Source of the DNA: a virus | Lineage: Duplodnaviria > Caudoviricetes | Strand: one strand, 5' to 3' | IMG/VR virus record: IMGVR_UViG_3300033148_005313 | Location: 1 to 60,999 of that record | Length of the DNA stretch: 60,999 bases | In this document: piece by piece, positions 1-10,706 of the stretch | Position numbering within the stretch: position 1 is the first letter of the stretch | How the letters are laid out: every line of letters starts with the position of its first letter | Position numbers and translations under genes: made by a program | Notes under the pieces: generated by a model | What the model was told of the DNA's origin: nothing | Database searches by the model: none | What the model saw: the letters and a program-made list of their open reading frames with translations, nothing else

Positions 1-876
1 TGGCCGGTTGCCTCCGGGCTTCCCGAAGAAGACCAGTGGCTCCGCGCAAAGGTACTGCGAGACCTTGCCACGCGCCATCGAATTTGACTTATGCCATGTC
101 CCCACCCACCCGCGCTGCCCATAGCCCGCCCACAACTCCACGTCGTTCCCAGGCGTCACTATCTGCCGCTCCGTCATCGTCCGCGCCAAGTCAAACCACT
201 CGCGCGTCCAGTTCGCGTAGGCGTCTTCGTCGCGGTCATCGTCGGTGCTGTCACCGTATTCGAGGCCGACGTTGTACGGCGGGTCTGTCAGGAGTAGTTC
301 GGGCCGCTCGCCCTGAAGCAGCGTCTCCCAGTCCGCTATCTGCGTCGCATCCCCACACATCACCCGATGCCGCCCGAGCGCATACACTTCCCCGCGCTTC
401 GAGTAGACAGGGCCTTCGACTTCCTGAGCGCCGGGGTCTTCGCGGGCGTCCTCTTCTCCGTTATTCGCGCCCGTCCGTATCAGCTCCACCTCCATCGGCT
501 CGAAGCCGACGGAACTCAGTTGCTCGAGGGGCATCGGATCGAGCAACGACAGCAGCTTGATCGGGTTGACTGTTGGGCCGCGTTCGGCGCTCGGATCACT
601 GGAACGATTGTCGCGCACCAACAGCCGTAGCGCCCTCTCGTCGTCGTGCGGATACGGCCGTACGTGAACCGGGACCTCGGTCAGGCCCTTACGCTTCGCG
701 GCCTCGACGAGGCCGTGGCCGGCCAGTAGGTAACCGTCGGAGGAGACGACGACGTTGCGGTACACGCCGTCATCTTCGATAGATTCCTCAAGCAGGCCGA
801 GCTGTGATTCGCCGTGCTCGTTGTAGTTGCTCGGATGGGGCTTCAGCCCATCGACGCCCCTCATCTCTATCAACAT
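1..876 (-). CDS. ParB-like N-terminal domain fused to N6A/N4C DNA methyltransferase (runs off the window edge)
   Basis: Not in the ORF track (no stop in the window). Manual translation from ATG 876 (GAGGAG RBS): MLIEMRGVDGLKPHPSNYNEH...LLAGHGLVEAAK (ParB-like), then LGRHRVMCGDAT...LTDPPYNV (motif IV)...WHKSN...EPLVFFGK. Confidence 0.88.
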   Translation of the reverse strand, partial: MLIEMRGVDGLKPHPSNYNEHGESQLGLLEESIEDDGVYRNVVVSSDGYLLAGHGLVEAAKRKGLTEVPVHVRPYPHDDERALRLLVRDNRSSDPSAERGPTVNPIKLLSLLDPMPLEQLSSVGFEPMEVELIRTGANNGEEDAREDPGAQEVEGPVYSKRGEVYALGRHRVMCGDATQIADWETLLQGERPELLLTDPPYNVGLEYGDSTDDDRDEDAYANWTREWFDLARTMTERQIVTPGNDVELWAGYGQRGWVGTWHKSNSMARGKVSQYLCAEPLVFFGKPGGNRP

Positions 877-887
877 GACAAGTCTCC

Positions 888-3074
888 TCAGACTACCCGG
901 CGCGCCGTGAACTGCGAGGCGCAGTCGAGCAGGTGCGGCCCCCAGTCATCCGCGAGCTCCGTCACCAAGAATCGATTGGCGACGAGCGTCCCGACGGCCA
1001 CGTTCCGAATCTGAAGCTGGTCGCGCCTCGAAACCTCCGGGTTGCCGGCGGTCTCGAGGCCGAGCCCGTAGGGCGACTCGTGCATCTGGTCGTACTGGTC
1101 GTTCGCCACAAAAACCGCCTCCGGCAACGCCCGGAACTCGTGCCCGTCGATGCGCCGCGCCATCTTCCAGCCGACGAACGGGACGTGGGTCGTCACGCGC
1201 TCGCGGCTGAAGTCGACGGCGTAGGCGGCGACGGCGCGTCCGTACTGGTCCTCGCCGCGGACGATGACGCGAGTGCCCTGGTCGCGCACGTTGGCCGAGT
1301 ACTCGACGGACAGGACCGCGTCATCGAGGTTGGCTGTGGCCCCGCCCTCGAAGGTGTGAAGGGTCGAGCCGACTCCTCCGCGCACCCGCGACTTGAGGAC
1401 GCCGTCGCCGGACACGAACAGCTCCACCCCGCCGAAGTCGGCGACCAGGCACATCGCGTCCCACACGGTCATGCCGACTCGGAGCTGCGGGTGCGGTCCC
1501 TCCCAATGCCACAGGGGCACGTCGGCGGCCCCGCCGTCCGTGAGCTGGCGCGTGTTGGCGACGAGGTCGGTGCGCGAAACGTGCCAGCCGCACTTCTGGC
1601 TGAGGTACAGGATCGCCTCGTTGACGGTCATGCTGTCGAGCGGCCGGAATCCCTCGTCGATCTCGGAGGTCTTGAATCGCCACGTCGCGTCGGCCATGCG
1701 CAGGTTCAGCCGGTGCCCCTGCCTCCACTGCGGCTCCTGCCGCGTGGTTACCTCGTCCACGTACCCCGCGAACTTGTGCCACATCTCATAGCTGTCGTTC
1801 GTGTAGCGGAACCCCGTGTCGATCTCGACGTAGCGCCAGCGATACTCGCCCTCGAAGGTCACGTCGGGCGCGAGCAGCGACTCGATCATGGCCGTGTTGG
1901 CCGTGAGGTCGTCGGGCTGCTCGACGGTGACCTTCACGACGCCGGGCGACCAGGCGAGGTCCGAGTAGTCCGCCGGCGACGGCGCCACCAGCACCGGGTC
2001 CCAGTAGAGGTCCACGCCGGCGAGCGCCGGGAAGGCGTACATCGAGTGGGGGGACCCGCCCGTCGTGACCAGGTCACAGGTGAACTCGGCCTCGTAGGCC
2101 GTGACGTTCAGCTCCGGTGTATCGGCCCGCTTCACCTCGACGTCCGTGTCCTCGGGGGCGAACTTGTGGTAGTCGTCGTTCAGGATGTAGGTCGGGGTCG
2201 TGAGACGATCCTCGAAGATCGGATGGAGCTGACTCTCGAAGCTCGACTTCTCGTCGCCGAGGCCCGGCACCAGCGGCCGCAGCTCGTTCCACCACCACTG
2301 CATCGCCTGCCCGGTAGCCTCGACGCGGATAGGCCCCTGCTGCGCGTGGGCGCCGCCGCCCGGCTCGTGGTAGGTCGCCCATGACTCGCCGCCGTTGAAA
2401 CTAATTGCAATATTGTCGCGGACGTGGAGCACGATGACGATGGCCGTCTTGTACTCCTGGCCTTCCGGATACATCGACCAGTCCTTGCCCCACGGATTCG
2501 GAAGGTCCATCCGCCAGTGCCACTCGCCGCCGTCGGCCTTGAAGAGCTGCGGGCCGTTCTCCGTGGTCCACTGGATCGCCCACGTCCCGCCGCCCCACAC
2601 GACGTTCAAGTATGGCTCGACTGTCGACAGCTCGTCGAAGTGGAGGCCCCCCCACCCCACCGTGAACGAGAACCACGGATCCTCGGGTAGATCAAAGTCG
2701 GAGTCGAGCCAGTAGTCCACGTCCGGATAGACATAGAGCTGGTAGCAGAACCGTCGTTTGAACGCGAACTGCGCCGTCGAGTCCTCCCACCCGCCGGTCG
2801 GCTGGGAGGGCCTGGTCGACCCGCCCGTCCAGTGGGTGAGTAGCGTGTCGCGCGGCACGACCTCGAAGTTCGGGACGACGACGCCGAGCTCGTGGATCAG
2901 CCGCGTGGTCGGCTTGTGGACGCCGCCGCTCACGATCGTGGATGGCCGGCAGTTGCGCCACGTCTGCGTGAGGATGTCCCGCACCCACCAGCCCGGGTCG
3001 GAGCAGAAGCCATCGGCCCCCGGCTCGAAGAGACGGACTGAAGTCATCGGGTAGAGGCGGGTGGACTCGGCCAT
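888..3074 (-). CDS. Tail tip / hub-like minor tail protein
   Basis: 728 aa; downstream of the tape measure gene; C-terminal half resembles tail hub/baseplate proteins (FAGYVDEV, TRVIVRG). Confidence 0.6.
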   Translation of the reverse strand: MAESTRLYPMTSVRLFEPGADGFCSDPGWWVRDILTQTWRNCRPSTIVSGGVHKPTTRLIHELGVVVPNFEVVPRDTLLTHWTGGSTRPSQPTGGWEDSTAQFAFKRRFCYQLYVYPDVDYWLDSDFDLPEDPWFSFTVGWGGLHFDELSTVEPYLNVVWGGGTWAIQWTTENGPQLFKADGGEWHWRMDLPNPWGKDWSMYPEGQEYKTAIVIVLHVRDNIAISFNGGESWATYHEPGGGAHAQQGPIRVEATGQAMQWWWNELRPLVPGLGDEKSSFESQLHPIFEDRLTTPTYILNDDYHKFAPEDTDVEVKRADTPELNVTAYEAEFTCDLVTTGGSPHSMYAFPALAGVDLYWDPVLVAPSPADYSDLAWSPGVVKVTVEQPDDLTANTAMIESLLAPDVTFEGEYRWRYVEIDTGFRYTNDSYEMWHKFAGYVDEVTTRQEPQWRQGHRLNLRMADATWRFKTSEIDEGFRPLDSMTVNEAILYLSQKCGWHVSRTDLVANTRQLTDGGAADVPLWHWEGPHPQLRVGMTVWDAMCLVADFGGVELFVSGDGVLKSRVRGGVGSTLHTFEGGATANLDDAVLSVEYSANVRDQGTRVIVRGEDQYGRAVAAYAVDFSRERVTTHVPFVGWKMARRIDGHEFRALPEAVFVANDQYDQMHESPYGLGLETAGNPEVSRRDQLQIRNVAVGTLVANRFLVTELADDWGPHLLDCASQFTARRVV

Positions 3075-4060
3075 CAGTCCCAGTCCTCCGTGTTCGCAGC
3101 GTCGAGCTTGCCCTGAACATACTGCACGGCGTCTGTAGGGTCAACGTAAAAGAAGGTGAAGCTGTCGTCGACCTCCTGCCTCAGGCTGCCCCGAGAATCC
3201 TGGGCGGCGACGATCACCTTCTCGGCGGAGTCCCCACCGAGGTTGATCCATGTGCCAACCGAGTCGATCTGGACCCAGTAGAGTATACGGCGGCAGTAGC
3301 TCGCTCCGTCGTGGACCATGACGCAGATGATTCCGCGGTGCGCCGACAGCTCCGCGACGGGAACGTCTCGGTCTGCTATCGCTAGGTTGGGCACTTCCCA
3401 GGTCCTCCCGTTGTCGTGGCTGTTCGCCGCGTACACGTCGGCTCCTCGTCCGAAGACGAGAATGAGCTGCCCCGGTATCTGCATGATGCTCGGCGAGTGA
3501 TCGTCGAGCTGCGCCGGCCAGAGGACCGTCTCCGCGGCCACGGAGTCGTCCCCCCAGTAGCGACGTCGTATCATCTGCCCCGAGAGGTTGGTGTAGTACA
3601 CCTGCATGGAGCCCTCGGAGTCGCGCAGGTGGTCGAGGTCGATGCTGCGGATCTTCAGGACGGCCGCGATGTACTCGCGGGTGTAGGCGTAGCCGTTCGG
3701 GCCGATAGCCTCGACGGCGTCGGCGTTCAGGCCGATGCCGTACTGCCAGCGCAGGCCAACCCCCTCGACGTAGCCCCAGAGCTCCGGGAGGCTCGTGCTC
3801 GTCCAATGTCCCCAGCCGTCGGAGTCGAGTTCCTCGACGGCCTCCCACTCCGCGCCGTCGGTAGGCGCCCGGCGCCAGAGCGTGATGAAGTCCGTCTCAT
3901 TCGGCGCGAGTACCCCGCCCTCCAACACGTTCCCGTGCGCCCGCCCGTCAACGATCTTGTCGGTGACGATACGGTACTTGGTGCCGGGGACGATGACCCA
4001 GGTCCCGCACCGGAGCGCCGTGTTGGCGGTTGTGCCGCGCCGCCCTATCAGGAGAAGCAT
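3074..4060 (-). CDS. Putative virion protein with Asp-box-like motif
   Basis: Tail-region position; SHDNGRTW Asp-box-like motif; coupled stop/start. Confidence 0.5.
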   Translation of the reverse strand: MLLLIGRRGTTANTALRCGTWVIVPGTKYRIVTDKIVDGRAHGNVLEGGVLAPNETDFITLWRRAPTDGAEWEAVEELDSDGWGHWTSTSLPELWGYVEGVGLRWQYGIGLNADAVEAIGPNGYAYTREYIAAVLKIRSIDLDHLRDSEGSMQVYYTNLSGQMIRRRYWGDDSVAAETVLWPAQLDDHSPSIMQIPGQLILVFGRGADVYAANSHDNGRTWEVPNLAIADRDVPVAELSAHRGIICVMVHDGASYCRRILYWVQIDSVGTWINLGGDSAEKVIVAAQDSRGSLRQEVDDSFTFFYVDPTDAVQYVQGKLDAANTEDWD

Positions 4061-4951
4061 CTAGTCATCCTCGCGCCAGCCAAGCAGCGAAGCGGTCACT
4101 ATCGCACCGCCCAGCGTAGAGAGCGCCCGAACCTCCACGTCGGTTTTCTCCGAGAACTTGTAGGGTAACGCGAACTCGCAGCACCAGAGGTTGTCGAGCG
4201 TTAGGGTGCCGAACTTGTAGCGCCAGATACCGCCGAACTCGCGGACCCAGAAGGCAATCTCGCAGCCCTTTGTCGAGCTCTCCGAACCAGACCAGAAGGT
4301 GAGGTAAGTTGTCTGGTCAGCGGGCACCGTATGTATGCAGGCGTGCGACTCGGCCTCCTGGGGCTCGATCTGATCCAGGGTGTTGTCCTCCGCGTTGTTC
4401 TTGATCGTGATGGTGCCCTCGTTGTAGCCCGTGCTCCCCGCCGTCGCTACCCAGCACTTCGTCACGCGGAGGAACGAGGCGTCTGTCAGGACGTGCGTCG
4501 TCCCGTTCATCGTGACTGTTTCCTGTAGGACTTCGTAGCTCGCGTCCAGGCCCTTGACCACGACGGTTCGCGCGCCGTTGCCTACCGGGGCGCCATCGTC
4601 GTCGGTGTCATCGCTTATCACGTAGAGGCGCTCTGCCGAGGTGAGGTAGGTGTAGAGGTCGGAGCCGTGATAGACGGTCTCCCACGCGCCCCCTACGGCA
4701 GCATTGTGGCCGAACCTGCGCACGGGATAGTGGCCGGACAGCCCCTCGGAAATGGCATCTCCGTGTGAGACGCTGATAACTATGGGGCGATTACCGTCCT
4801 GCTTGACGCCGTAGAGGGCACCATCCTCGTCGATGAATTCAGCGCCGGTTTTCTGGTGGTGCGCCGTGCCGTCCCAGTGGGTCGCTACGGTGTACTCAGT
4901 CGTTCCTGAGCCGCTTGCTGGCTCTACTACGTTGTCGCTAGTCTTGCCCAT
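4061..4951 (-). CDS. Putative virion structural protein
   Basis: Beta-rich, Gly/Thr-rich 296 aa protein in the tail region; GAGGAG RBS. Confidence 0.5.
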   Translation of the reverse strand: MGKTSDNVVEPASGSGTTEYTVATHWDGTAHHQKTGAEFIDEDGALYGVKQDGNRPIVISVSHGDAISEGLSGHYPVRRFGHNAAVGGAWETVYHGSDLYTYLTSAERLYVISDDTDDDGAPVGNGARTVVVKGLDASYEVLQETVTMNGTTHVLTDASFLRVTKCWVATAGSTGYNEGTITIKNNAEDNTLDQIEPQEAESHACIHTVPADQTTYLTFWSGSESSTKGCEIAFWVREFGGIWRYKFGTLTLDNLWCCEFALPYKFSEKTDVEVRALSTLGGAIVTASLLGWREDD

Positions 4952-4963
4952 CGCGTTGCTCCT

Positions 4964-7147
4964 CTAACTGATGGCCTGCTCCAGCGGGTCGTACTGCGTC
5001 TCGGGGTAGTTGTCGCCCATTGTGTCAGCGTTCGGGTAGCAGATACTGAAAGCGTAGAGGCCGGAAAGCGTGTTCGGCGGCTCCTCGTCATCGGTCAGCG
5101 CGTCCTCGCAGGCCGCCGTGTTTTTGTGGCAGAGGAAGACCTCGCCGACGCGCTCGATGATCGAAGCGAAGGATACCAGCGAGTAGGCCGTGGTGAGGTC
5201 GAGTCCGCTCGGGTGCCCGATGATTCGGTCGAAGAACCGCATCGTCTCCTCGGCGAGGTTCGCGCTGCCCAAGTTGTCCTCCAAGGCATCGTAGTACTCG
5301 TAAGCCGCGTCGGTGTGGAAGCTCGCGCCGCCCTCGTAGTACTCCCGCCCCTCGTGGGTCTTCAGGATCACCCGACCCGTGTCGGCCTTTGCGAGCACCG
5401 GTTCACCGATGATCCACTCGCCGGCGCCGAAGCCGGAGAGGCACATCGACACCACGCGCTCGAGCAGAGGGTACGGGTCCCGCGCCATGATCTGCACGAT
5501 GACGGTCTGCGCCCCGGCATCTACCATGATGCTGCGCGTGACCGTGCCCGACTCGAAGTCGTAGCTGAACTCCGTGGTCCGGCTCGCGTCGCTCCGATGG
5601 TTGTCGTTCAGTGTCGAGTACCAGCGGAACGGAAGCGTGAGTTGGAGCACGCCGGCGGCCGGCGCCGTGATCGGAATCTCGAGGTTCTGCCACCCGAGCC
5701 ACGAGTAGACGCCCTCGTTGAAGGGGCGCTCGGGGTAGTAGTAGTTCGCCTTCCGCGTCAGGTAAATCACCGGACAACCCTCGGGCGCGAGGCCCAGGGG
5801 CACGTCGTCCATCCGACCCTCGAAGTCGCAGGGGATTGTCAGCGTGAGCGAGCCGTCAGCGATGACCACGAAGTACCCGTCCGAGTTCGGTCGGGTCACC
5901 CCGCCGGTCGGCGCCCAGCTCGGGTGAGACAGCGCATCGTTCGGCCCGTAGATTCCCACGTCGTCCCTGCGTTCCAGATACACACCGTGGAAGTCACAGT
6001 CCGCGTGGCAGCTCGTCGCGCTGATGGGCGGCACCCGCTGGACGATGTTGAGGTCATCGTCTCGGACGGGTTCTTCGCGGGCGGAAGCCTCGGTGATCGC
6101 GAGGGTCCAGGAGGCGCCGGAATGGAGGTCGTACTGGTCAGCGGCTGTGCGGTACGTGAGGCCGGAGACGAGGCCGGCGGTCTGCACCCAGGTCCCGACT
6201 GCGCGGAGCTGGTTGACGGTCGGGTAGACCACGTCGCCCAGGACGGCAGGGATGCCCGTCTCCGTGTCCCAGTTCAGCGTGTCGGGCACGTAGTTGTTGG
6301 CCCGGAAGCCACCGTTGATGCGGAGGTCCCCCATCAGCTTCCCGACGCGATTCCAGACACCCACGACGGAGAGGTCCACGATGTACGGCGGGTTGTACTC
6401 TATCGCTCGCGTCAGTGCCCCAGCATTGCTCTTTTCCTCTACGTCGAGGCCACCGGATTTCCCGTTGAGGTAGACGCCGACCGCAGGCTCCGGGTGAGGG
6501 TAGTGATAGCGTGCGAAGTTGACCGTCCCGTCATCCCATTCGAGGTTAGATAGCTTCGCGTAGGTGACCCCGGCGACGCCTTTGTGTTGGTCAATTTCTA
6601 TTCTCAGGTACTCGACGGCGCCGGCATAGGGGCTCCATGGGGCGGGTGGGGGATTGGTGCCCGAGTCCTCTAGGGCGCCGAAGGTGACGACCCAACTAAC
6701 GGGCGCAATATCCTCCCACTTGTCCGTGTACGTGACTTCCTTCGCGTAGACCGGGGCGTTCTCTCGTCCCGCTCCCGGCGACGTACTCTCGGTCCTCCAT
6801 ATCTCTCGAGCGGTGATGGAGAAGTCGAACTCTGCTTCTACATCCCAAGGCGTATCACTGTCCGCGTAGAAGTAGAAGACCTCGTAAGCCAGGACGCCCT
6901 CGGTCTGTTCGATGACCAGCGCGAAGTAGAGGAAGCCCCCGAGCTCCTGCCGGGCCATGTCCGGGTCAACGACGACGCCTTCGTACCCCTGCGTCACGTC
7001 CACGATCTTGCAGCGAATACCACCCGCCTCGATGGAGATATACTCGGTAGCAGCCGAGATGAATAGCGGGGACTGCTCCTGGTTGAAAACACCAAGGCTC
7101 CCAGTAATGTGGGCGCCGCCGTCCTTCACCTGGGTCTTGGTCGCCAT
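4964..7147 (-). CDS. Putative minor tail protein
   Basis: 727 aa acidic, beta-rich protein two genes after the tape measure gene. Confidence 0.55.
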   Translation of the reverse strand: MATKTQVKDGGAHITGSLGVFNQEQSPLFISAATEYISIEAGGIRCKIVDVTQGYEGVVVDPDMARQELGGFLYFALVIEQTEGVLAYEVFYFYADSDTPWDVEAEFDFSITAREIWRTESTSPGAGRENAPVYAKEVTYTDKWEDIAPVSWVVTFGALEDSGTNPPPAPWSPYAGAVEYLRIEIDQHKGVAGVTYAKLSNLEWDDGTVNFARYHYPHPEPAVGVYLNGKSGGLDVEEKSNAGALTRAIEYNPPYIVDLSVVGVWNRVGKLMGDLRINGGFRANNYVPDTLNWDTETGIPAVLGDVVYPTVNQLRAVGTWVQTAGLVSGLTYRTAADQYDLHSGASWTLAITEASAREEPVRDDDLNIVQRVPPISATSCHADCDFHGVYLERRDDVGIYGPNDALSHPSWAPTGGVTRPNSDGYFVVIADGSLTLTIPCDFEGRMDDVPLGLAPEGCPVIYLTRKANYYYPERPFNEGVYSWLGWQNLEIPITAPAAGVLQLTLPFRWYSTLNDNHRSDASRTTEFSYDFESGTVTRSIMVDAGAQTVIVQIMARDPYPLLERVVSMCLSGFGAGEWIIGEPVLAKADTGRVILKTHEGREYYEGGASFHTDAAYEYYDALEDNLGSANLAEETMRFFDRIIGHPSGLDLTTAYSLVSFASIIERVGEVFLCHKNTAACEDALTDDEEPPNTLSGLYAFSICYPNADTMGDNYPETQYDPLEQAIS

Positions 7148-7159
7148 GCGGTCCTTGTC

Positions 7160-7417
7160 CTACTCAGCGTGGGCGAGTGCGCCGGGTCCGCTGAACTTCC
7201 ACTCTTCCTCGACGAATGGAACCGACTCAGCGACGTTCACCATATCCGTGTAGCAGGTGTTGCAGTACTGCTCTTGCCCGAGCTTGTGCTTGCATTGGTA
7301 GCAGGCTGGCTGGACCTTCTCCAAGCACCCCAGGAACAGCCCGCCCAGGAAGAAGGCCACCAACAGCACCGCCAGCACCACAACGTTGAGCCTCACGTAG
7401 ATCGACTTGCCGCTCAT
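7160..7417 (-). CDS. Small membrane-anchored protein with two CxxC motifs
   Basis: N-terminal hydrophobic helix, CYQC...CNTC, GGAG RBS. Confidence 0.55.
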   Translation of the reverse strand: MSGKSIYVRLNVVVLAVLLVAFFLGGLFLGCLEKVQPACYQCKHKLGQEQYCNTCYTDMVNVAESVPFVEEEWKFSGPGALAHAE

Positions 7418-7571
7418 GTCAGGTCTCCCGCAGAAACAGAATCAGCCCCTCGGGGCGTCGTCGGGAGACGGGCCACCCGTCGGGGCTGAAGATGCAGTGC
7501 GAAGCTATGGTCGATGCCGCGGCCCGTCTCCCACCTGTATACAACACATTTCGCTCCCCGTCGGCCTCCCG

Positions 7572-10500
7572 CTATCGCCCGTAGCCGAACTGCCCGTGGC
7601 CGGCCATCGTGCCGACGCGGGACTGGTGATAGTTGGCCTGGACCTGAAGCTCCTGCGACCACATCTCGAGCCCGCGCATCAAGGTCATTATGCCGGGCGA
7701 CATGCCCCCGGGCATCTGCGTCACCGGGAGACCGGCCTGCTGCAACTGGCCGCGGCCGCCGACGTACTGCTGCCAGTTGGTCGCCAGTTTCTCTCGCCGG
7801 GCGTCGATCTCGGCCGCGCGCTCGCGGAGCTCGATGCTCTTCTCGATGTGCCCGGCCTCGATACGCCGCAGCTCGTTGGTGCGCTCGATCGCCGAGAGCT
7901 GCGTCTGCATCGCCGCCGTCTGCTTATCGACGAACCGCTCCTTGAAGAACGCGCTGGCGAGCTGCTCCATCTCTCCGAGCCCGGCGCCCATGAGCTGTAG
8001 GGCCGCGATGTCACGGATGCCCTGGTTCTGCATCGCAGCCTGACGCTGTTGCTCGGGGGTCATCGCCCCGAGCTGCCCTCCTGTAACTCCAAGGAAGCCG
8101 GCCGCGGCGAGCTGCGGAATCTCGTTGATGAACTGGATGGCCTTCTGCATCGTCGCGGCCTGGGCGACGTAGCCGCCGACCGGCTGGTCTCCGAACCACT
8201 TCTTCGATGCTTTGGTGAAGGCGTCGATCTGATCCTTGAGTCGTCGCTCCAGGGCGCCCGACGCCTCGATCAGACCCTCGATCCCGTCCTTCGTCGCGCG
8301 GAGTTGCTCGGCAAGCATCATGGTCGGGTCGGCGTACTGCTTCTCCAGCGCCTTCTGCGCCTTGTCGACGGCGCTGGAAATCTCCATGAGCGCGTCCGCG
8401 TCCATGAAGCCTTCCATGTCACCGACCATCGCCTTGCCGAGCTCCTTGAACTTCGCGATGGCCCTGTCGACGACGCCGCGCGACTTGGCGAGGGTGCCGG
8501 TGAAACGATCGGCGAAGGCCAGCGCCTTGGCGATGGCGGGGTTGAAGGTAGCGTCAAAGGCCGCCGCGCCCTCACGGAAGCCGCGGAAGAAGCGCGCACC
8601 TGCCCCTTCGCCCTCCTCCAGTTTCGCGGTCATCATATCTATCGCCCCGCTGCTCTTATCGAGCAACTCGGACACGTCCAGCTCCCTCAAGAACTCGGCC
8701 CCCACCTTGAGCGACGTAGCAGTAGCCACCAGTCTGCGGTAGGTCTTAGATACTATGGCAAAGAGCCCAAACAGATCCTCCATCTTGTTTTCCATCGCTC
8801 TGAACGTCCAGTGCAATAGAGTCATCGTGAGCGTCAGCGCCTCTTTGACGATGATTACGAACAACTCGAACGTCGTCCTGGAGTCCTCGGTGAAGACCTT
8901 CTCCATCACGGCGCTAAGCCCGTACATGACGCCGACGACGAGTCTCCCCGATACTTGGAAAAACCCGACGATGGTCTTCCATACGGCTTCTATCGTCGCC
9001 GCCCCCTCAGGGGTCGACAACAACTTGAATCCCTCCGATAGGACAGTGAAAACCGTGGCTCCGATATTCCCCATGATCTGCAGGTAGGTGGCGATGGTGT
9101 TGATGACCTTGGGCCACAACTGCGCGATGTTGATCTTCGAGAGCCACTTGGTGAAGAGTCGCTCGCCCATCCTGGCCGCCGCCCCGAGCGCGTTGGCGAA
9201 GTTCTTGATCTGGTCGGACTCGGCGAGCTTGTTGACGAACGCCGCCAGCGACCGCAGCGCGTCGGCTAACGGCTTGCGCATCTTCTCGGTCAGCGTTATC
9301 GCCAGCTCCTCGATGGAGGATATGAGGAACTTGAACTGCCCACCGACCCCGGACGTCTGGATCGCCGCCTGTGTAAACGCTTGCTGCGTCGCGGTGACCG
9401 CGCGGGTGAGCTTGTTGAACTCGACCGTCCCCCCGCGCGCGAAGGCCAGCGCGCCCTCCACGCCGCGCGCCCCGAAGACCACGAACTGCTCCGACGTACT
9501 CAGGCCCGCGCGCTCGAGGTTCTTGAGCGCCTCGGTAAGACCAACCACGGCGGGGTTGACTTTGTGGGCAAGGCCCTTCCCGAGGTGCATCTCAAGGATC
9601 TTGCCGGTGATCGGCGTCTGGGCGGAGAGTGCCATCAGCATCCGACGCATCGCCGTGCCGGCGCGCGACGCGTCGAGTCCTGCGTTGAACATCATCATCA
9701 GGAAGCCGACGGTCTGCTCGAACGTGGCCCCGACGGCCTTCGCGGACTGCGACGCGTAAGATAATGCTTGGGCGAGCTTGCTGAACGTCGCGGCGGAGTA
9801 CTTGTTGGCCGCGGCGAGCACGTTGGCGATGCGAGTCGAGTCGGTGGCCCGCATGTTGAAGATTCGGATCTGAGTCGCCACCAGCTCGGCCGCCTCCGCG
9901 AGGTCGGCGCCCAGCGCCTCGGACAGCTTCGTGACTCCGGCGATCATGCCGGCGATGTCGGCCTCGGAGAAGCCCATCGACGCCAGGGAGAACGCGCCGC
10001 CGGCAAGTTCTCCGGGCCGGAAGGTCGAGGTCTTGGCGATGGAGCGGATGGTCTTCTCAAGGAAGCCCATCTGCGCCATGTTCTTCGAGAGCACACCGCC
10101 GACGCGCAGCATCGCCGTCTCGAAGTCGACGGCGAACTTCAACGCCATGCCAAGCGCGCCGATGATTCCGACATTGATCCCGACGGCGATCTTGAGGATG
10201 GTGGCGTTGATGCGGAACCACGCTCGCGCGAGGACGCGCACACCTCTTACGATGGCAGCAACGTATCGGGGGATCGCCTTGAGGTCTTCGACAATCGCGC
10301 CGACAACCTTCTTGACGGCAACGAAACCGGCCGCAGCCGCGATGGCCGGGGTTGGTATCTTAGAGGCCAGAAAACCAAGGCCTCCTACATCTCCCATTCC
10401 TCCGCCACCTCCACCTCCGAACCCCCCAGGATCACCCCCGCCCCCACCCCCACCTCCGCCGACGAAGCGCCCCTGCGCGTCGCGCTTCTGACCCTGCGCC

Positions 10501-10700
10501 TGCGCGCGACGGGCGCTGCGAATCGCCTTCTCGGCGTTCTTCATGCCGCGCGCGACCTTGTTGCCGGACTGGAGACCCTCCTTGCCCATCGAGTCAAGGG
10601 CGCGCTGGAGTGACCCGAGGACCTTGACGAGGTCCTTGATGCCGCCGACGATGTTGCCGCTGGCCTCCATCGCGATCTCGAGGGCTTCCTCGTTGTCCAC
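7572..10700 (-). CDS. Tail tape measure protein
   Basis: 1042 aa Ala-rich helical protein with a TP901-type core (DFETAMLRV...ELAGGAFSLASMG...AGTAMRRML); follows the chaperone pair. Confidence 0.92.
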   Translation of the reverse strand: MDNEEALEIAMEASGNIVGGIKDLVKVLGSLQRALDSMGKEGLQSGNKVARGMKNAEKAIRSARRAQAQGQKRDAQGRFVGGGGGGGGGDPGGFGGGGGGGMGDVGGLGFLASKIPTPAIAAAAGFVAVKKVVGAIVEDLKAIPRYVAAIVRGVRVLARAWFRINATILKIAVGINVGIIGALGMALKFAVDFETAMLRVGGVLSKNMAQMGFLEKTIRSIAKTSTFRPGELAGGAFSLASMGFSEADIAGMIAGVTKLSEALGADLAEAAELVATQIRIFNMRATDSTRIANVLAAANKYSAATFSKLAQALSYASQSAKAVGATFEQTVGFLMMMFNAGLDASRAGTAMRRMLMALSAQTPITGKILEMHLGKGLAHKVNPAVVGLTEALKNLERAGLSTSEQFVVFGARGVEGALAFARGGTVEFNKLTRAVTATQQAFTQAAIQTSGVGGQFKFLISSIEELAITLTEKMRKPLADALRSLAAFVNKLAESDQIKNFANALGAAARMGERLFTKWLSKINIAQLWPKVINTIATYLQIMGNIGATVFTVLSEGFKLLSTPEGAATIEAVWKTIVGFFQVSGRLVVGVMYGLSAVMEKVFTEDSRTTFELFVIIVKEALTLTMTLLHWTFRAMENKMEDLFGLFAIVSKTYRRLVATATSLKVGAEFLRELDVSELLDKSSGAIDMMTAKLEEGEGAGARFFRGFREGAAAFDATFNPAIAKALAFADRFTGTLAKSRGVVDRAIAKFKELGKAMVGDMEGFMDADALMEISSAVDKAQKALEKQYADPTMMLAEQLRATKDGIEGLIEASGALERRLKDQIDAFTKASKKWFGDQPVGGYVAQAATMQKAIQFINEIPQLAAAGFLGVTGGQLGAMTPEQQRQAAMQNQGIRDIAALQLMGAGLGEMEQLASAFFKERFVDKQTAAMQTQLSAIERTNELRRIEAGHIEKSIELRERAAEIDARREKLATNWQQYVGGRGQLQQAGLPVTQMPGGMSPGIMTLMRGLEMWSQELQVQANYHQSRVGTMAGHGQFGYGR

Positions 10701-10706
10701 GTCGGG

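Noticed and set aside
3074-7147. Possibility that 4061..4951 was inserted into and split one ancestral tail gene
   Set aside because: Only suggestive protein ends; cannot be supported without homologue alignment
10380-10460. Poly-Gly low-complexity tract in the tape measure N-terminus
   Set aside because: Ordinary flexible linker with mixed codons; not a DNA repeat element
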